Of a stretch of DNA of 39,434 nucleotides, positions 8,360 to 18,301 are shown in pieces (within the stretch, counting starts at the first letter, position 1; each line of letters begins with the position of its first letter). The notes beneath the pieces are model-generated. The model did not search any database. It was given only the letters and a program-made list of their open reading frames with translations, and was not told the DNA's origin. The DNA is from a virus. Lineage: Duplodnaviria > Caudoviricetes. The position numbers and the translations under genes were made by a program. The DNA lies in the IMG/VR virus record IMGVR_UViG_3300020042_002437, positions 1-39,434 of that record. One strand, written 5' to 3'.

Positions 8360-11300
8360 ATTGTCCTTCAGCTTCCAGAAGCTGCCGGATACGCTCATCC
8401 TGTAGCATATCCCGTATCGGTATTTTCTCGTTAACCCCAAGACCGTAGCTCTTGTCAGAAGCATCTTTCTCCTTGGCTTTGAACGATTTCCGCTTGGTGT
8501 CTTTGGACATTGAGTTCGACGGGTAGTTTTCGTCGTACACGTTAATGTCGTATTCCACCTGCTGCAACGCCAGTTCATTCTTAGGCGATGGGTCTGCATC
8601 GTACTTGAGGATAGCGCGGTACCGCCGATCAAGAAGCTCGGTCTTCTGTGCCGCAACTTCCCGCTCAACGTCACCCGCCAGCATATCAAGCTGCATGTTA
8701 CGTGATGTCTCGGCGTCCTTGAAGCCAAGGCCCTGCAAAATAGTTTTGGGTGTTGTGTAGTAGCTAGGGTCCTTAAGCTGGATGTCCTTGTCTTTCCCAA
8801 TCTTCAACCCTTCCTCTTGGAGACGTAGGGCTTTCAGCGGGTTGCGTATAACCGCTGGGACAGCCGCTTCTATCGCTTGGTCAATATCCCCAGCGTTCCA
8901 CGCCTTCACCGCCCTATCGTACGAAATCAAGACACTACCAAACGGGCCAAGTGCTATTTTTCCCATAGCTTCAAAAGCCCGAACTTCAGATGTATCACCC
9001 TTTAACTGCAAATTACTCCCGATAAACGGCAGGTCGCCCATGGCAACAGAACCAGATATATCCACATCAAAAAGTGCCGGTATACCCATGTCCGCAGCGG
9101 TTGCTAGATTGGCTGCTGACTTATCGCTAAGGCCAAACGCTTTCTGCATGGTACTACCCATACCAAATGTATCGTCAATCCAAGTGGATCGGATATAGTA
9201 TTCCATATCCTTTTTACCTAGTTCGTTCCCGTTCTCATCAGCATACTTAAGGAACTGACGCTCGACGGTTTTCTCCCCGAGGACACCCTCCTTGGTATCC
9301 TTCTCCTCATCATCATCGTCCTCAAGTAGGCTTTCGACAAACTTAACAAGGGTATAAGCGCCATAACCCAAAGCGTAAAACTGAGTAGAGCGAATACCGC
9401 CGTATAGCATGGTGACGGCAGCGGAACCAAAGAACACACGGGCTGCGGCTGCTTTACCTTCCTTATTTAAGAAGGGTATCATACCAACGAAGCTGCGTAG
9501 CAGTAACGACGACAGCGAATGTATATACGAGGTCATCTGAAGCGCAAAACGACCCGCAGGAGCCTTAGCGAAGCGTGACTTATTCCAGTTTGTGAAGTCA
9601 AACATAGCCTTGTTAGTTAAGTCAGCCGCTAACTCACGAGCTTCTATACCCGCTTGCTCTGCTGTCTTACCTTGGCCTATTGCCCGTTCGTAGGCCAGAT
9701 CAAAGCTGGACATATACATGATCGAACGCCCGATTGTTTCGGTAGAATGGAACATGAAACCCATGGCATTCATCGCGGCAGCAGAACCCCGCTGGCCTGC
9801 GGTTAGTAATTCACCACGGCGTACCGCCTGCTGGAAATTAAAGTCTCCGGTAGGTGTGTTGCTGCGATCATATAGCTGTGCGCTTGAGGCAAAAGTGCTC
9901 TCAATGACATCATGGTCTTGCGCGTACTCCCATGCAGCCACCGTCTGCTTGTAACGATCCGGGTCGTTCTTCTTAAGGCTACGCATATAGGCGCTGTTTT
10001 CAAACTTAAACTCTGGAGCTTGCAGCGCAAGGTTACCATCCTCATCACGGAACGGGTTGGGGATTTCTCGGCCTGCCAAGAACGAAGTCGTGTACCGCGC
10101 AGCCATAGCAATAGTCTTAGGTTCCCCAAATTCGCCAGATAGGACTGGAAGCCCTAAAGTATGCAACTGGGTAAGGTTAATCATAGCAGAGGCTGCTGAA
10201 GACAAGTGATGGTAGAACGTAACCTTGGACCCAAATGCTATAAATGCGTTAACGGCATTAAGGAAGGCGCTATTCGTGTCAGGAGCCATCACGCTCTTTA
10301 CCCGTTCTTCAATTTCAGACCTGAGCGCGTCGCGGTAGGGTGTCAGTTCGTCGCTTTCGCTTTCTGCTTTAGCTTCTCCAATGATGTTCTGAAATTTGTA
10401 GTTATACGCCAGACGTCCAAGTTGGTTCGCTGATGCTACTGCCGTAGCAGCAAACGTGCGAAGCGCATCGGTACTAAAACCAGTTACAAACTTGCGGTGG
10501 ACAAAACGCCGCCGCATGTCTGCCTCAGGCAGTGCGGTCAGGTACATCTGGAAGATGAGGTCGCGCAAGCCCTCTATATCGCCATCTTGAACCTTAGGTT
10601 CACCCTTGGTATTTTTACCGTCGAGGGCATCCAAAATACCTTTGAGCGCTGAACTAGCGTCTTTGCTAGCGATTGTGTTGCGGAGGTCCGCACGGCTAGT
10701 ACCCGCTACCTGTGGACGGGTGTCTTTGTTAGCTTTAAGTTGGTCCTGCAATGCCTTTATTTCTGCGGCAGACTCCCGCATATAGAAGTCGTTACCCACA
10801 CTAAGCCAATACTCCCCGAACCGCTTAACGGGGAAGTAGATCGTGCGCTCCCGAGCCTTATTAAACATCTGCTCAACGGAAGACTTAAGTTTTACAGCAT
10901 CGTTGGAGTCAAACTTAGCGTCATCAATCCGCTGCATAAGCAGGCGGTAATGCTCATTGAAGTTGGCGCGGTGGAAGTCACGAGCAGCCTTGAAGATTTT
11001 CTTACCTTCTGGCGGCAAGTCGTTCCAACCTTGGACGGTGATTGGCTTTCCATCTTTATCAAGTACAAGGTTGCCCTTGTCATCTTTAAGTGTACCACCA
11101 AAATACAGGTCCTTAATGGCTTCCTTACGTCTGGTGATCTGCCCCTTCAGGCTTGTCCGTTTACCCGGGCTAGTTTCTGTAGCTAAACTAGCCTCAAGCT
11201 CTTTAAGCTTGGAGTCGATACGCATGTACTCCACCGCAGTCGCAGCCAAGCTCGGGTCTGCATCCAGCATGTTTGAGTACATGATATTGTCATCTAGAGT

Positions 11301-14300
11301 TGTATTACCATCTGGGTTCCGCGCAGCAAACGCTGCCCATTCTTGCTCAAGCGCACTGGCCCGCCGCACGATACGGTTGACGTACGGAATATATTCCTCC
11401 CGCATCATAGTATCGATCTTGCCAATCGACTTCATACCAGCAAGCTTAGCCAAACGGAAAACATCTTCGATCTGTTGGAAGCCAAGTACGAAGTTATATA
11501 AAGAAAGCGGCATACTCTGAGTAAGAGATGCTATGATACCACTATTGGCACCCGGGTTCTGCATAGCCTCCACAAGGCGCTTAATAAGCCCCTTGGTTTC
11601 GCTGTTGTTGCGGCTCTGGATAATGCGCTTCTGAAGCTTATTGACGTCCCTACCTCGGATACCAGCCGCAGCTTCAAGACGTTTAATCTGCGCCTTAGTC
11701 AGCTTAACCGAAACAGCTTCCTCAACATTGGCGTCAGTTAGGGGTTCCGTGCCACCTCCATCGCCTGCTCCAAGGTCGCCCCGTTCTCCAGTGCGGTCAC
11801 GACCTTCATAAGATGGGCTGAGTAAGGATTCCCCGGTGCCTCCTTCTCCGCTAGGTCCGCGTACGTCCCTAGCGTTCCTATCGCCATCTCCATCGGATGT
11901 TTGCTCTGCATCGCCATCCGTAAATTTGTTTCCGCGATACTCGATGCTAATGTCTGAGTTTTGGCCATTAAAAAGCTCCACGCCAAGTTTAACGATGTCG
12001 GCGTAATCTGCCGCAATCGTGTCTGCAAAATTGTCCTTAAACCGACGATAGGCGAACCCTGTGTCAGCTTCCATGTTTAAGTCTATATCCTGATACTCTG
12101 CTGGGAATCTAGCATTATGGCTACGCTCCTTGTAGTGTGCAAGCTCATGGATCATAGTCCCGAAGATGCCGTACCCAGCGCGCAATCCGTCCGCATACTT
12201 GGGTACCAGTGGGTTAATAAAGCTACCAGAGAATGGTAGCCGGATCGAGACACCACGATACTCAGGGTCAAATGATACACCGATAGCTTCATCGCGTAAG
12301 CCGGGATAACCCATAACACGCGCAACTTCGTCACGTAGCTTGAGGAATGCCTCACCATTAAAGCTCATGAAGTCATCAAAGCGCTCGCCAAACTGGCGGC
12401 GCATAAAGTCCGGGATTGGCATTTTCTCGCCGGTAGACTTTATAACTACGTCAGCGTTGTCGTGGACCATAACCAGATTGGTATCAATTAGATCAGGGTT
12501 TATTCTTAGGTCATTTGCGCTTGGGATGCCCGCCTTTAGTTCTTCAGGGGTTAGCTCAGGCATACGTTGCCCGTTGACCAATAACGAACCATCGTCGTCT
12601 ATCTTAATAATGTCACCTTCTGCAATCCGCGTAAAGGCCGTATCTACGACTGGGATGTCAGGTGTGAGGTCTATAGGTGCAGTAAGCTGCCCATTTTCAT
12701 CGAAGTACTGGATAACTCCAAAAGACGTAGCCTCACCCGCACGACTCTTATACGCATATACGGCGTCGATATACGCCTTAACTTTATTAAAGTCGGCCTT
12801 GGCGTCGTCGGTAAAACTCTGGCGGTTAAAGTTAAATGGATAGCCCGGTTCATCTGGCTTCACAGACGGTACGATGTCTACGTAGAACCGGTACGGAACG
12901 GGATCGCTATATATGTTGGATGGGTCTTTACTAACCGAGTTTGAGAATTGCCACAACCCGTTCGATAGGATGTGCATATTCTGACCGTATTTTTGGGTCG
13001 TTTGGTTACGTGTTACATAGACCTTGGCGGTACCCCATGGGAACTTGACCCCAACAAACTGGGTGTAATCTTGGATTGGGAAGTTGCTACCAATGTCCAC
13101 CGCATAAGCACGCGAACCTGTATAGTCCGAGAACGACACCTCAATATCCGCAAATAGCGGGCTAAGCATTAAAGACGGAACACTTTGTGCTTGCCACGGT
13201 AGCGGGTTAATTTTGTAATCCCCTGACTCCTCAGGGATAGTCAACTGGATAATGGTACCATGGCCGTTAGGGAACGCCGCATAGTCAGCGGGTTCTAAGT
13301 CACGAATATCTATGAACGGGCGGGCATCAGGGTCATCCAGTCCATCAAAAAGCTGTTCGCCTGTAGCGTTAAGTTCAGCAATACGCCCATCACGCGCAGT
13401 AACCACGCGGATGTTCTTGTTGGCATACAGAAAGAGCATCTTGGCAATACCGAAGCCGCCAGCGTTCTTGTCGCCTTCCTTGTCGGTACCAGCAATCTGG
13501 AGGAACTTACCGCCTAACAGTTCGGGTGTCATACCGATACCATTGTCTTTAACCGTCAGGGTGCGCTCATCCCGCGAGATAGATATTTCGATCTTACCCT
13601 GCGTAATCTGCCCCTTGTCCACCGCAGTGCGGGTGGCGTCGAACGAGTTCTGCAACACTTCCTTGATGCAAACCTGACCCATATTGGTTGGGTCACCATA
13701 AAGCTGCGGGCCAAGCATCTTGGCCATGCGCTTCGTATTGATACCCGGAGTAGCTCGGATTGTTTCGTACTCAGGGCTATACGGTGTAGCCTGCTCATCT
13801 AGTTCTTCTTTCGGCATGGCATCGACTTCTGCCTGCGCCATGTTGAAGATTTTCTCGGCCACAGTCTTACCGGGCTTACTGTTAATAACCTTTTTAACAG
13901 CTTTACCCTTGGCTCCCTTATCCCCAGTCGCCTTGATCTTACTTGGGCCGCGTGCCTTTGAGGGCTTTGCTCCTGCCGTAGTAGGCGCAGCAACGGATAC
14001 CGGGGCGGCTTGCGTAGCAGCAACTTGTTCTTTCCCCCATTGTTGGCCTTCTTTGTAAGCAGCGAGGACTTCGGGGCTACCCCGCTCAAAGGCAAGAACT
14101 TGTTCGTCAGTTAGAGGCTTAATATCGGGGTTCTTTGCTTCCCGCACACCTTCACCAAACATACCGTGTTCGGCGGTGTTAACCATATAACCACGGCGCT
14201 CGGCTTCTTTGTACCCAAAACGCGTTAGGTTGTCATAGATTTCCTGTGGGGTGTAATCTGCGGGGTCATAAATCTCTTTCTCTTCACGGCTAAGCGGAGC

Positions 14301-16871
14301 TTCCTGTACAGATTTTGGTACAACTGTAGTAGGGCCTGTTTTCACAGCTTTAGTGGGAAGTGGCCCCTCAGTGTCTATCATACGGCGAATAGCTTCTTCA
14401 ACTGGAATGCCAGCTTCAAGCAGGGCGGTTATGTCACCCATAAACTGACCAGTTTCTATGCTAGCTAATCTAGCTTTGCCGGTGACGTTATTTTTTACTA
14501 CCCGCACTGGGAAGGGGGCGCCATCAAGGTCAAACGCATCGTAATCTGTCGTCAAAATATCTGATACAACGGAGCCATCTTTAACGCGAACATTCCTAAT
14601 GCCATCATTATCATTGCGTACAAATCTTTGCTGTGTATTATTAGGATTTCCTATTTCTTCTACAACACTTTCTACCCAGCCGTCTTCGGGACTAAACTGA
14701 GCAGGCGTAGTTTCAGCCGTAGCGGCCTCGGCCACCGTAGTGCGCGAGGTAGACGGTGCCTTCTTGGGAACTGGCTTACCAGTGAGTGTCTCCAAGCCAC
14801 GGTCAAGCACTGACCCAATGGCATCATATGGATCGACTTCAGGGCTTTGGACTATGATACGCGCAGCCAGCGTCTTCTGCTGGGAGTTTAGCTCGTTCTT
14901 CTTGTTAAGAACACTTCCGTAAGGTTCTACAAAATCAAGAGCCGAGGCTGCAAATACCCGCTCGATGATGGGTACCGCAGCTTGAACTTGCTTAGCCGTA
15001 GGCTCAATTAGTGTACCGACTCCTGTTCCCGTGCCAGTTGTAGGAATTGATACGCTAGATACAGACCCGTCCAATCGTCCATCGTCATCCGCTCCAGCGA
15101 CTGTAGTACCGGCTTTGGTCGCCAAGGATTCTCGATCAGTAGCAGTGCCTGCTCCACTTCCTCCGCCGACATCCACTCCGGTACCAGTTGTAACTGGGAC
15201 ATCTAGAACTCCTCTGGTTCCTGATACTATGTTAGCAGTAGCAAGGTTAAATAATGCTTCAGCGCTATCCTCGACAAATTTAACAGCATCGTTCTTCTTC
15301 ATGCCGGGGTTAGCCTTCATAACCTTCCCGACTTGTTCCGCTGCAAGGCTCTGAAACTCTGCCATAACAGCCGCAGGGTCTACTCCCTGCTTCTTGGCTT
15401 TCCCCATGGCTTTTTGTGCGACTTCAGTGACGCCGCGCAGACCGCTACCAACGATACCACCTATGAGTGCGCTGTACCCAACGCCTTCTGTAACGTCACG
15501 GTCTTCGTCGTATAGTCCCTTGGCGATCACGTTGGTGCCAAGTTGTACGCCACCTTCTTGGGCTGCTTCCCCGGCACCGCGCACAGCAATACGCCCAGCC
15601 GCACGGCTTTCAACCGCATTTAAGGCACGCGAGATAGACTTACTAATTATGGTAGGGTCTACGCGGCCAGCAGTACCACGGCGCACGATATCGGTAACGG
15701 TATCCAAAGTAGCGCCACGTTTAGCGACAGGGAGACTTTCAAAAATACGTCTTGCCGCGCCAACTTCAGTAGCGCCCATACCTGCATTTAACACGATAGC
15801 AGTAAACGCATTCGCGTCAGGGATTACTTTACCTGTCCGCTGCTCAGTAGCTTGGATATCTTGAATGCCCTGTTGCGCACCCTGCACGGTGCCAAGCCCG
15901 TACTCAAGTGGGCGGGCAGCTTTAGCAATAGCTTCTGCCCGCGCTGCGCCTACCAGACCTTTACCGGCACCAGCAGCCTTAGACAACAAACCGGGGCCTA
16001 AGAACGTACCGACACTACCTACACCGCCACCAACATCCGCAAGGAACTTTGCAGTGGCGTCATACTTAAGGGCTTCACCCTGTGCGCCAAACGCATCGGC
16101 AGCAAACTTACCTGCTGCGTCGAGGTCGGACTTACCCGCAGCCTTGAGAGTTTCAGCGCCGGGGAGGCCAAATGTTCCAAGGCCGTAACCCGCAGTAGCC
16201 TCAATGGCACCGGGGATACCGGCAATTATTTCAGTAGGAACACGTAAGGTAGAACTGAGAGTCTCACGGAACTTGTTTGCTTTTGGAGCCTTAAGCCCCG
16301 TTTTGGTTATAGTATCAAACTCATTCTGGAGTGCTTTTACTTCTCTACGAGCAAGGTCTGCTTTCCCTTTGTACGCGGCAAAAGCTTCCGCAGCACCACG
16401 ACCTTGGTTTTCCTTAGCTGCTTTTGCAGCAAGTTTATCAAACTTAGCAGCATCCGCTGCAAACTTCTTCTGGGTAGTCGCAATCTGCTTTTGCCGTGCA
16501 GCCAGTTCCTTAGCGGTGTACACCTCAGGGGCTTTGATCTCATTACCCATGACGGTATCATATATACCACCAAAGAAACCACGCTCGGCTTCAAGTTGAG
16601 CTTTGGCCTGTTTCTGGGCGGGTGTTAGAGCGGGGGCTGCGGGCGCAGCGGTAGGTACATCATCCCGAGCCACGCCATCCATTGGCACGGCGTTAGCAGG
16701 TACGGCAGTAGGCGCAGCAATAGGCGCGGTGGGTTTTACCGCGAGCCTCTTAAAGACCTCCGCTTTTGGCAGGTCCGAATAAAATTTACGATGGATCGCA
16801 TCCGCCAACTCGACGTCGCTCATATCGTTGTACTGAGGGTACTGGCGACGGAAGTCGGCAAGATTATCCAT
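8358..16871 (-). CDS. Giant polyvalent internal virion/ejection protein with GHKL ATPase, HEXXH zincin-like and PLxRFG-like regions
   Basis: 2837 aa, last gene of the internal-protein cluster. Motifs: KEVLQNSFDA, KDNGIGM, GGFGIA, HGT; MIHELAH; YFPVKRFG (10810-10839); long helical C-terminus. Confidence 0.8.
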   Translation of the reverse strand: MDNLADFRRQYPQYNDMSDVELADAIHRKFYSDLPKAEVFKRLAVKPTAPIAAPTAVPANAVPMDGVARDDVPTAAPAAPALTPAQKQAKAQLEAERGFFGGIYDTVMGNEIKAPEVYTAKELAARQKQIATTQKKFAADAAKFDKLAAKAAKENQGRGAAEAFAAYKGKADLARREVKALQNEFDTITKTGLKAPKANKFRETLSSTLRVPTEIIAGIPGAIEATAGYGLGTFGLPGAETLKAAGKSDLDAAGKFAADAFGAQGEALKYDATAKFLADVGGGVGSVGTFLGPGLLSKAAGAGKGLVGAARAEAIAKAARPLEYGLGTVQGAQQGIQDIQATEQRTGKVIPDANAFTAIVLNAGMGATEVGAARRIFESLPVAKRGATLDTVTDIVRRGTAGRVDPTIISKSISRALNAVESRAAGRIAVRGAGEAAQEGGVQLGTNVIAKGLYDEDRDVTEGVGYSALIGGIVGSGLRGVTEVAQKAMGKAKKQGVDPAAVMAEFQSLAAEQVGKVMKANPGMKKNDAVKFVEDSAEALFNLATANIVSGTRGVLDVPVTTGTGVDVGGGSGAGTATDRESLATKAGTTVAGADDDGRLDGSVSSVSIPTTGTGTGVGTLIEPTAKQVQAAVPIIERVFAASALDFVEPYGSVLNKKNELNSQQKTLAARIIVQSPEVDPYDAIGSVLDRGLETLTGKPVPKKAPSTSRTTVAEAATAETTPAQFSPEDGWVESVVEEIGNPNNTQQRFVRNDNDGIRNVRVKDGSVVSDILTTDYDAFDLDGAPFPVRVVKNNVTGKARLASIETGQFMGDITALLEAGIPVEEAIRRMIDTEGPLPTKAVKTGPTTVVPKSVQEAPLSREEKEIYDPADYTPQEIYDNLTRFGYKEAERRGYMVNTAEHGMFGEGVREAKNPDIKPLTDEQVLAFERGSPEVLAAYKEGQQWGKEQVAATQAAPVSVAAPTTAGAKPSKARGPSKIKATGDKGAKGKAVKKVINSKPGKTVAEKIFNMAQAEVDAMPKEELDEQATPYSPEYETIRATPGINTKRMAKMLGPQLYGDPTNMGQVCIKEVLQNSFDATRTAVDKGQITQGKIEISISRDERTLTVKDNGIGMTPELLGGKFLQIAGTDKEGDKNAGGFGIAKMLFLYANKNIRVVTARDGRIAELNATGEQLFDGLDDPDARPFIDIRDLEPADYAAFPNGHGTIIQLTIPEESGDYKINPLPWQAQSVPSLMLSPLFADIEVSFSDYTGSRAYAVDIGSNFPIQDYTQFVGVKFPWGTAKVYVTRNQTTQKYGQNMHILSNGLWQFSNSVSKDPSNIYSDPVPYRFYVDIVPSVKPDEPGYPFNFNRQSFTDDAKADFNKVKAYIDAVYAYKSRAGEATSFGVIQYFDENGQLTAPIDLTPDIPVVDTAFTRIAEGDIIKIDDDGSLLVNGQRMPELTPEELKAGIPSANDLRINPDLIDTNLVMVHDNADVVIKSTGEKMPIPDFMRRQFGERFDDFMSFNGEAFLKLRDEVARVMGYPGLRDEAIGVSFDPEYRGVSIRLPFSGSFINPLVPKYADGLRAGYGIFGTMIHELAHYKERSHNARFPAEYQDIDLNMEADTGFAYRRFKDNFADTIAADYADIVKLGVELFNGQNSDISIEYRGNKFTDGDAEQTSDGDGDRNARDVRGPSGEGGTGESLLSPSYEGRDRTGERGDLGAGDGGGTEPLTDANVEEAVSVKLTKAQIKRLEAAAGIRGRDVNKLQKRIIQSRNNSETKGLIKRLVEAMQNPGANSGIIASLTQSMPLSLYNFVLGFQQIEDVFRLAKLAGMKSIGKIDTMMREEYIPYVNRIVRRASALEQEWAAFAARNPDGNTTLDDNIMYSNMLDADPSLAATAVEYMRIDSKLKELEASLATETSPGKRTSLKGQITRRKEAIKDLYFGGTLKDDKGNLVLDKDGKPITVQGWNDLPPEGKKIFKAARDFHRANFNEHYRLLMQRIDDAKFDSNDAVKLKSSVEQMFNKARERTIYFPVKRFGEYWLSVGNDFYMRESAAEIKALQDQLKANKDTRPQVAGTSRADLRNTIASKDASSALKGILDALDGKNTKGEPKVQDGDIEGLRDLIFQMYLTALPEADMRRRFVHRKFVTGFSTDALRTFAATAVASANQLGRLAYNYKFQNIIGEAKAESESDELTPYRDALRSEIEERVKSVMAPDTNSAFLNAVNAFIAFGSKVTFYHHLSSAASAMINLTQLHTLGLPVLSGEFGEPKTIAMAARYTTSFLAGREIPNPFRDEDGNLALQAPEFKFENSAYMRSLKKNDPDRYKQTVAAWEYAQDHDVIESTFASSAQLYDRSNTPTGDFNFQQAVRRGELLTAGQRGSAAAMNAMGFMFHSTETIGRSIMYMSSFDLAYERAIGQGKTAEQAGIEARELAADLTNKAMFDFTNWNKSRFAKAPAGRFALQMTSYIHSLSSLLLRSFVGMIPFLNKEGKAAAARVFFGSAAVTMLYGGIRSTQFYALGYGAYTLVKFVESLLEDDDDEEKDTKEGVLGEKTVERQFLKYADENGNELGKKDMEYYIRSTWIDDTFGMGSTMQKAFGLSDKSAANLATAADMGIPALFDVDISGSVAMGDLPFIGSNLQLKGDTSEVRAFEAMGKIALGPFGSVLISYDRAVKAWNAGDIDQAIEAAVPAVIRNPLKALRLQEEGLKIGKDKDIQLKDPSYYTTPKTILQGLGFKDAETSRNMQLDMLAGDVEREVAAQKTELLDRRYRAILKYDADPSPKNELALQQVEYDINVYDENYPSNSMSKDTKRKSFKAKEKDASDKSYGLGVNEKIPIRDMLQDERIRQLLEAEGQ

Positions 16872-16899
16872 ATTTTCTCTCTAATAAATACTAATAACT

Positions 16900-18300
16900 C
16901 TAACGACGGAAACCAAATGGATCATTGCCCCCACCAAGAGCCTCAGTGAGGTCTTTAAGATATTGATTCCCCTTACCCGCATTAACCGCGTTACGGTATG
17001 GTAGGTAGTTAGCGCCACCCTTACTGGTAAGTTCGCCCACATTTCTAGCTACCTCGGTATTAAACCGGAATCTATCGCTTTCAATCTGACGATCAGAGCT
17101 ATACATGCTAGCGCCTGCTGCGGTAAGTGCATTCTTAATGCTAGCCCCAGCGTTTAGTCTTGCTTCAAGTATACGAACGTTAAACCCTTCGCGCTCAAGT
17201 ATAGTCCTGAATTCACGGTCCTTCATGGCCTCAGCAAAGGTTCCGAAGTCTTTCGATTTCTCGTAAGCGGCATTAGCGCGCTCTTGGAGTTCCGTGTTCC
17301 CTGTCCGCTCTTCAGCGACCAACGTATTGATGGCTTCCCGTTCTGCTGCGTTACGCGCAGCGGCGGTAGAAGATAACTGAGGTATAGCTTCGGCAGCACC
17401 AGCATTAAACGACTGGAACAGTGAACCCGGTGTGGAAGCCATCTTAGCACCCATCATACCAATAGCAGTCATGAAGTCATCTTTGGCCTTGGCCTTCTTC
17501 GTCGCGGGGTCGAGCGCGGCGTCTAGGTACGCCTGAAGCTGCTCAGCCCGTGTAGTCTTACGGGGGGCCATCTCGTCAAACTTATCAAAGTTGGCAAACG
17601 GATCAGCGCTACGACCGTACATTTCACTTGGCACCGCGTAATCTGTTCCGGGCAGCGTTGTAACTACAGGAGGAGCAGCCTTACGCTTGCTAACCCCGAT
17701 ACCGCCAGTGGCCTCTACGGCTGATTCGTCTACTATATCCGTAGTGGTACCCTTGCTTCTAATTATTTCTTCGTCTTCGTCTTCTACTTCTTCGCCCATA
17801 GCAAACGAAACAATACCACCGCCAGCGTAGCTGCCGTTGTTAGGCTCATTAAACATAGCGTTAGGCAGAGGAAGTGTAGCAAGACCGCCTTCAGCCATAC
17901 CCATTGGTGGCTGTTCTGGTGGAGGCATATCCATCGGTGGCATACCTTGTGGGGGCATACCCATTTGCGGCATCTGTGCAGCTTCTGGCGTAGTACCAAG
18001 ACCAGCCGGAGGACCCATCGGAGGCATACCCATAGGTGGGGGAGGCGCAACAGGTAGACCGCCTTGTGGGGGCATACCCATTGGGGCAGGAGGTGCAAAG
18101 ATTTGCTCAGCTACCGTCTGTGTAGGAGCTTGTTCTTGCTGCGCAGCAGCCCGCATCCGGTCGATAAACATACCCGCCAGCGTACCAGCGGTGGGGTCAA
18201 GGACACCCATCTGCATGGCTTCAGCAATCTTCTGCTTGTTACCACCATACTCCTTGGCGATCTGCTCAGGAGCCTGAAGGCTGTAAGGTTTAGTTTCCAT
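16900..18300 (-). CDS. Putative internal virion/ejection protein
   Basis: Pro/Met/Gln-rich N-half and helical Ala-rich C-half; position between the nozzle and the giant protein. Confidence 0.65.
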   Translation of the reverse strand: METKPYSLQAPEQIAKEYGGNKQKIAEAMQMGVLDPTAGTLAGMFIDRMRAAAQQEQAPTQTVAEQIFAPPAPMGMPPQGGLPVAPPPPMGMPPMGPPAGLGTTPEAAQMPQMGMPPQGMPPMDMPPPEQPPMGMAEGGLATLPLPNAMFNEPNNGSYAGGGIVSFAMGEEVEDEDEEIIRSKGTTTDIVDESAVEATGGIGVSKRKAAPPVVTTLPGTDYAVPSEMYGRSADPFANFDKFDEMAPRKTTRAEQLQAYLDAALDPATKKAKAKDDFMTAIGMMGAKMASTPGSLFQSFNAGAAEAIPQLSSTAAARNAAEREAINTLVAEERTGNTELQERANAAYEKSKDFGTFAEAMKDREFRTILEREGFNVRILEARLNAGASIKNALTAAGASMYSSDRQIESDRFRFNTEVARNVGELTSKGGANYLPYRNAVNAGKGNQYLKDLTEALGGGNDPFGFRR

Positions 18301-18301
18301 C

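Noticed and set aside
8099-8800. 233-aa minus-strand ORF across the junction
   Set aside because: It overlaps the giant gene out of frame, the terminator and the 8079 gene. Its VSDAM match to the 5189 ORF is just the 17-nt complement. A remnant duplicated leader on the minus strand cannot be fully excluded, but promoter and terminator orientation favour a + strand RNA.
13966-13974. AGGAGCAAA on the coding strand inside the giant gene as another sRNA target
   Set aside because: Only 9 nt, mid-gene and not at an evident start; compatible with chance.
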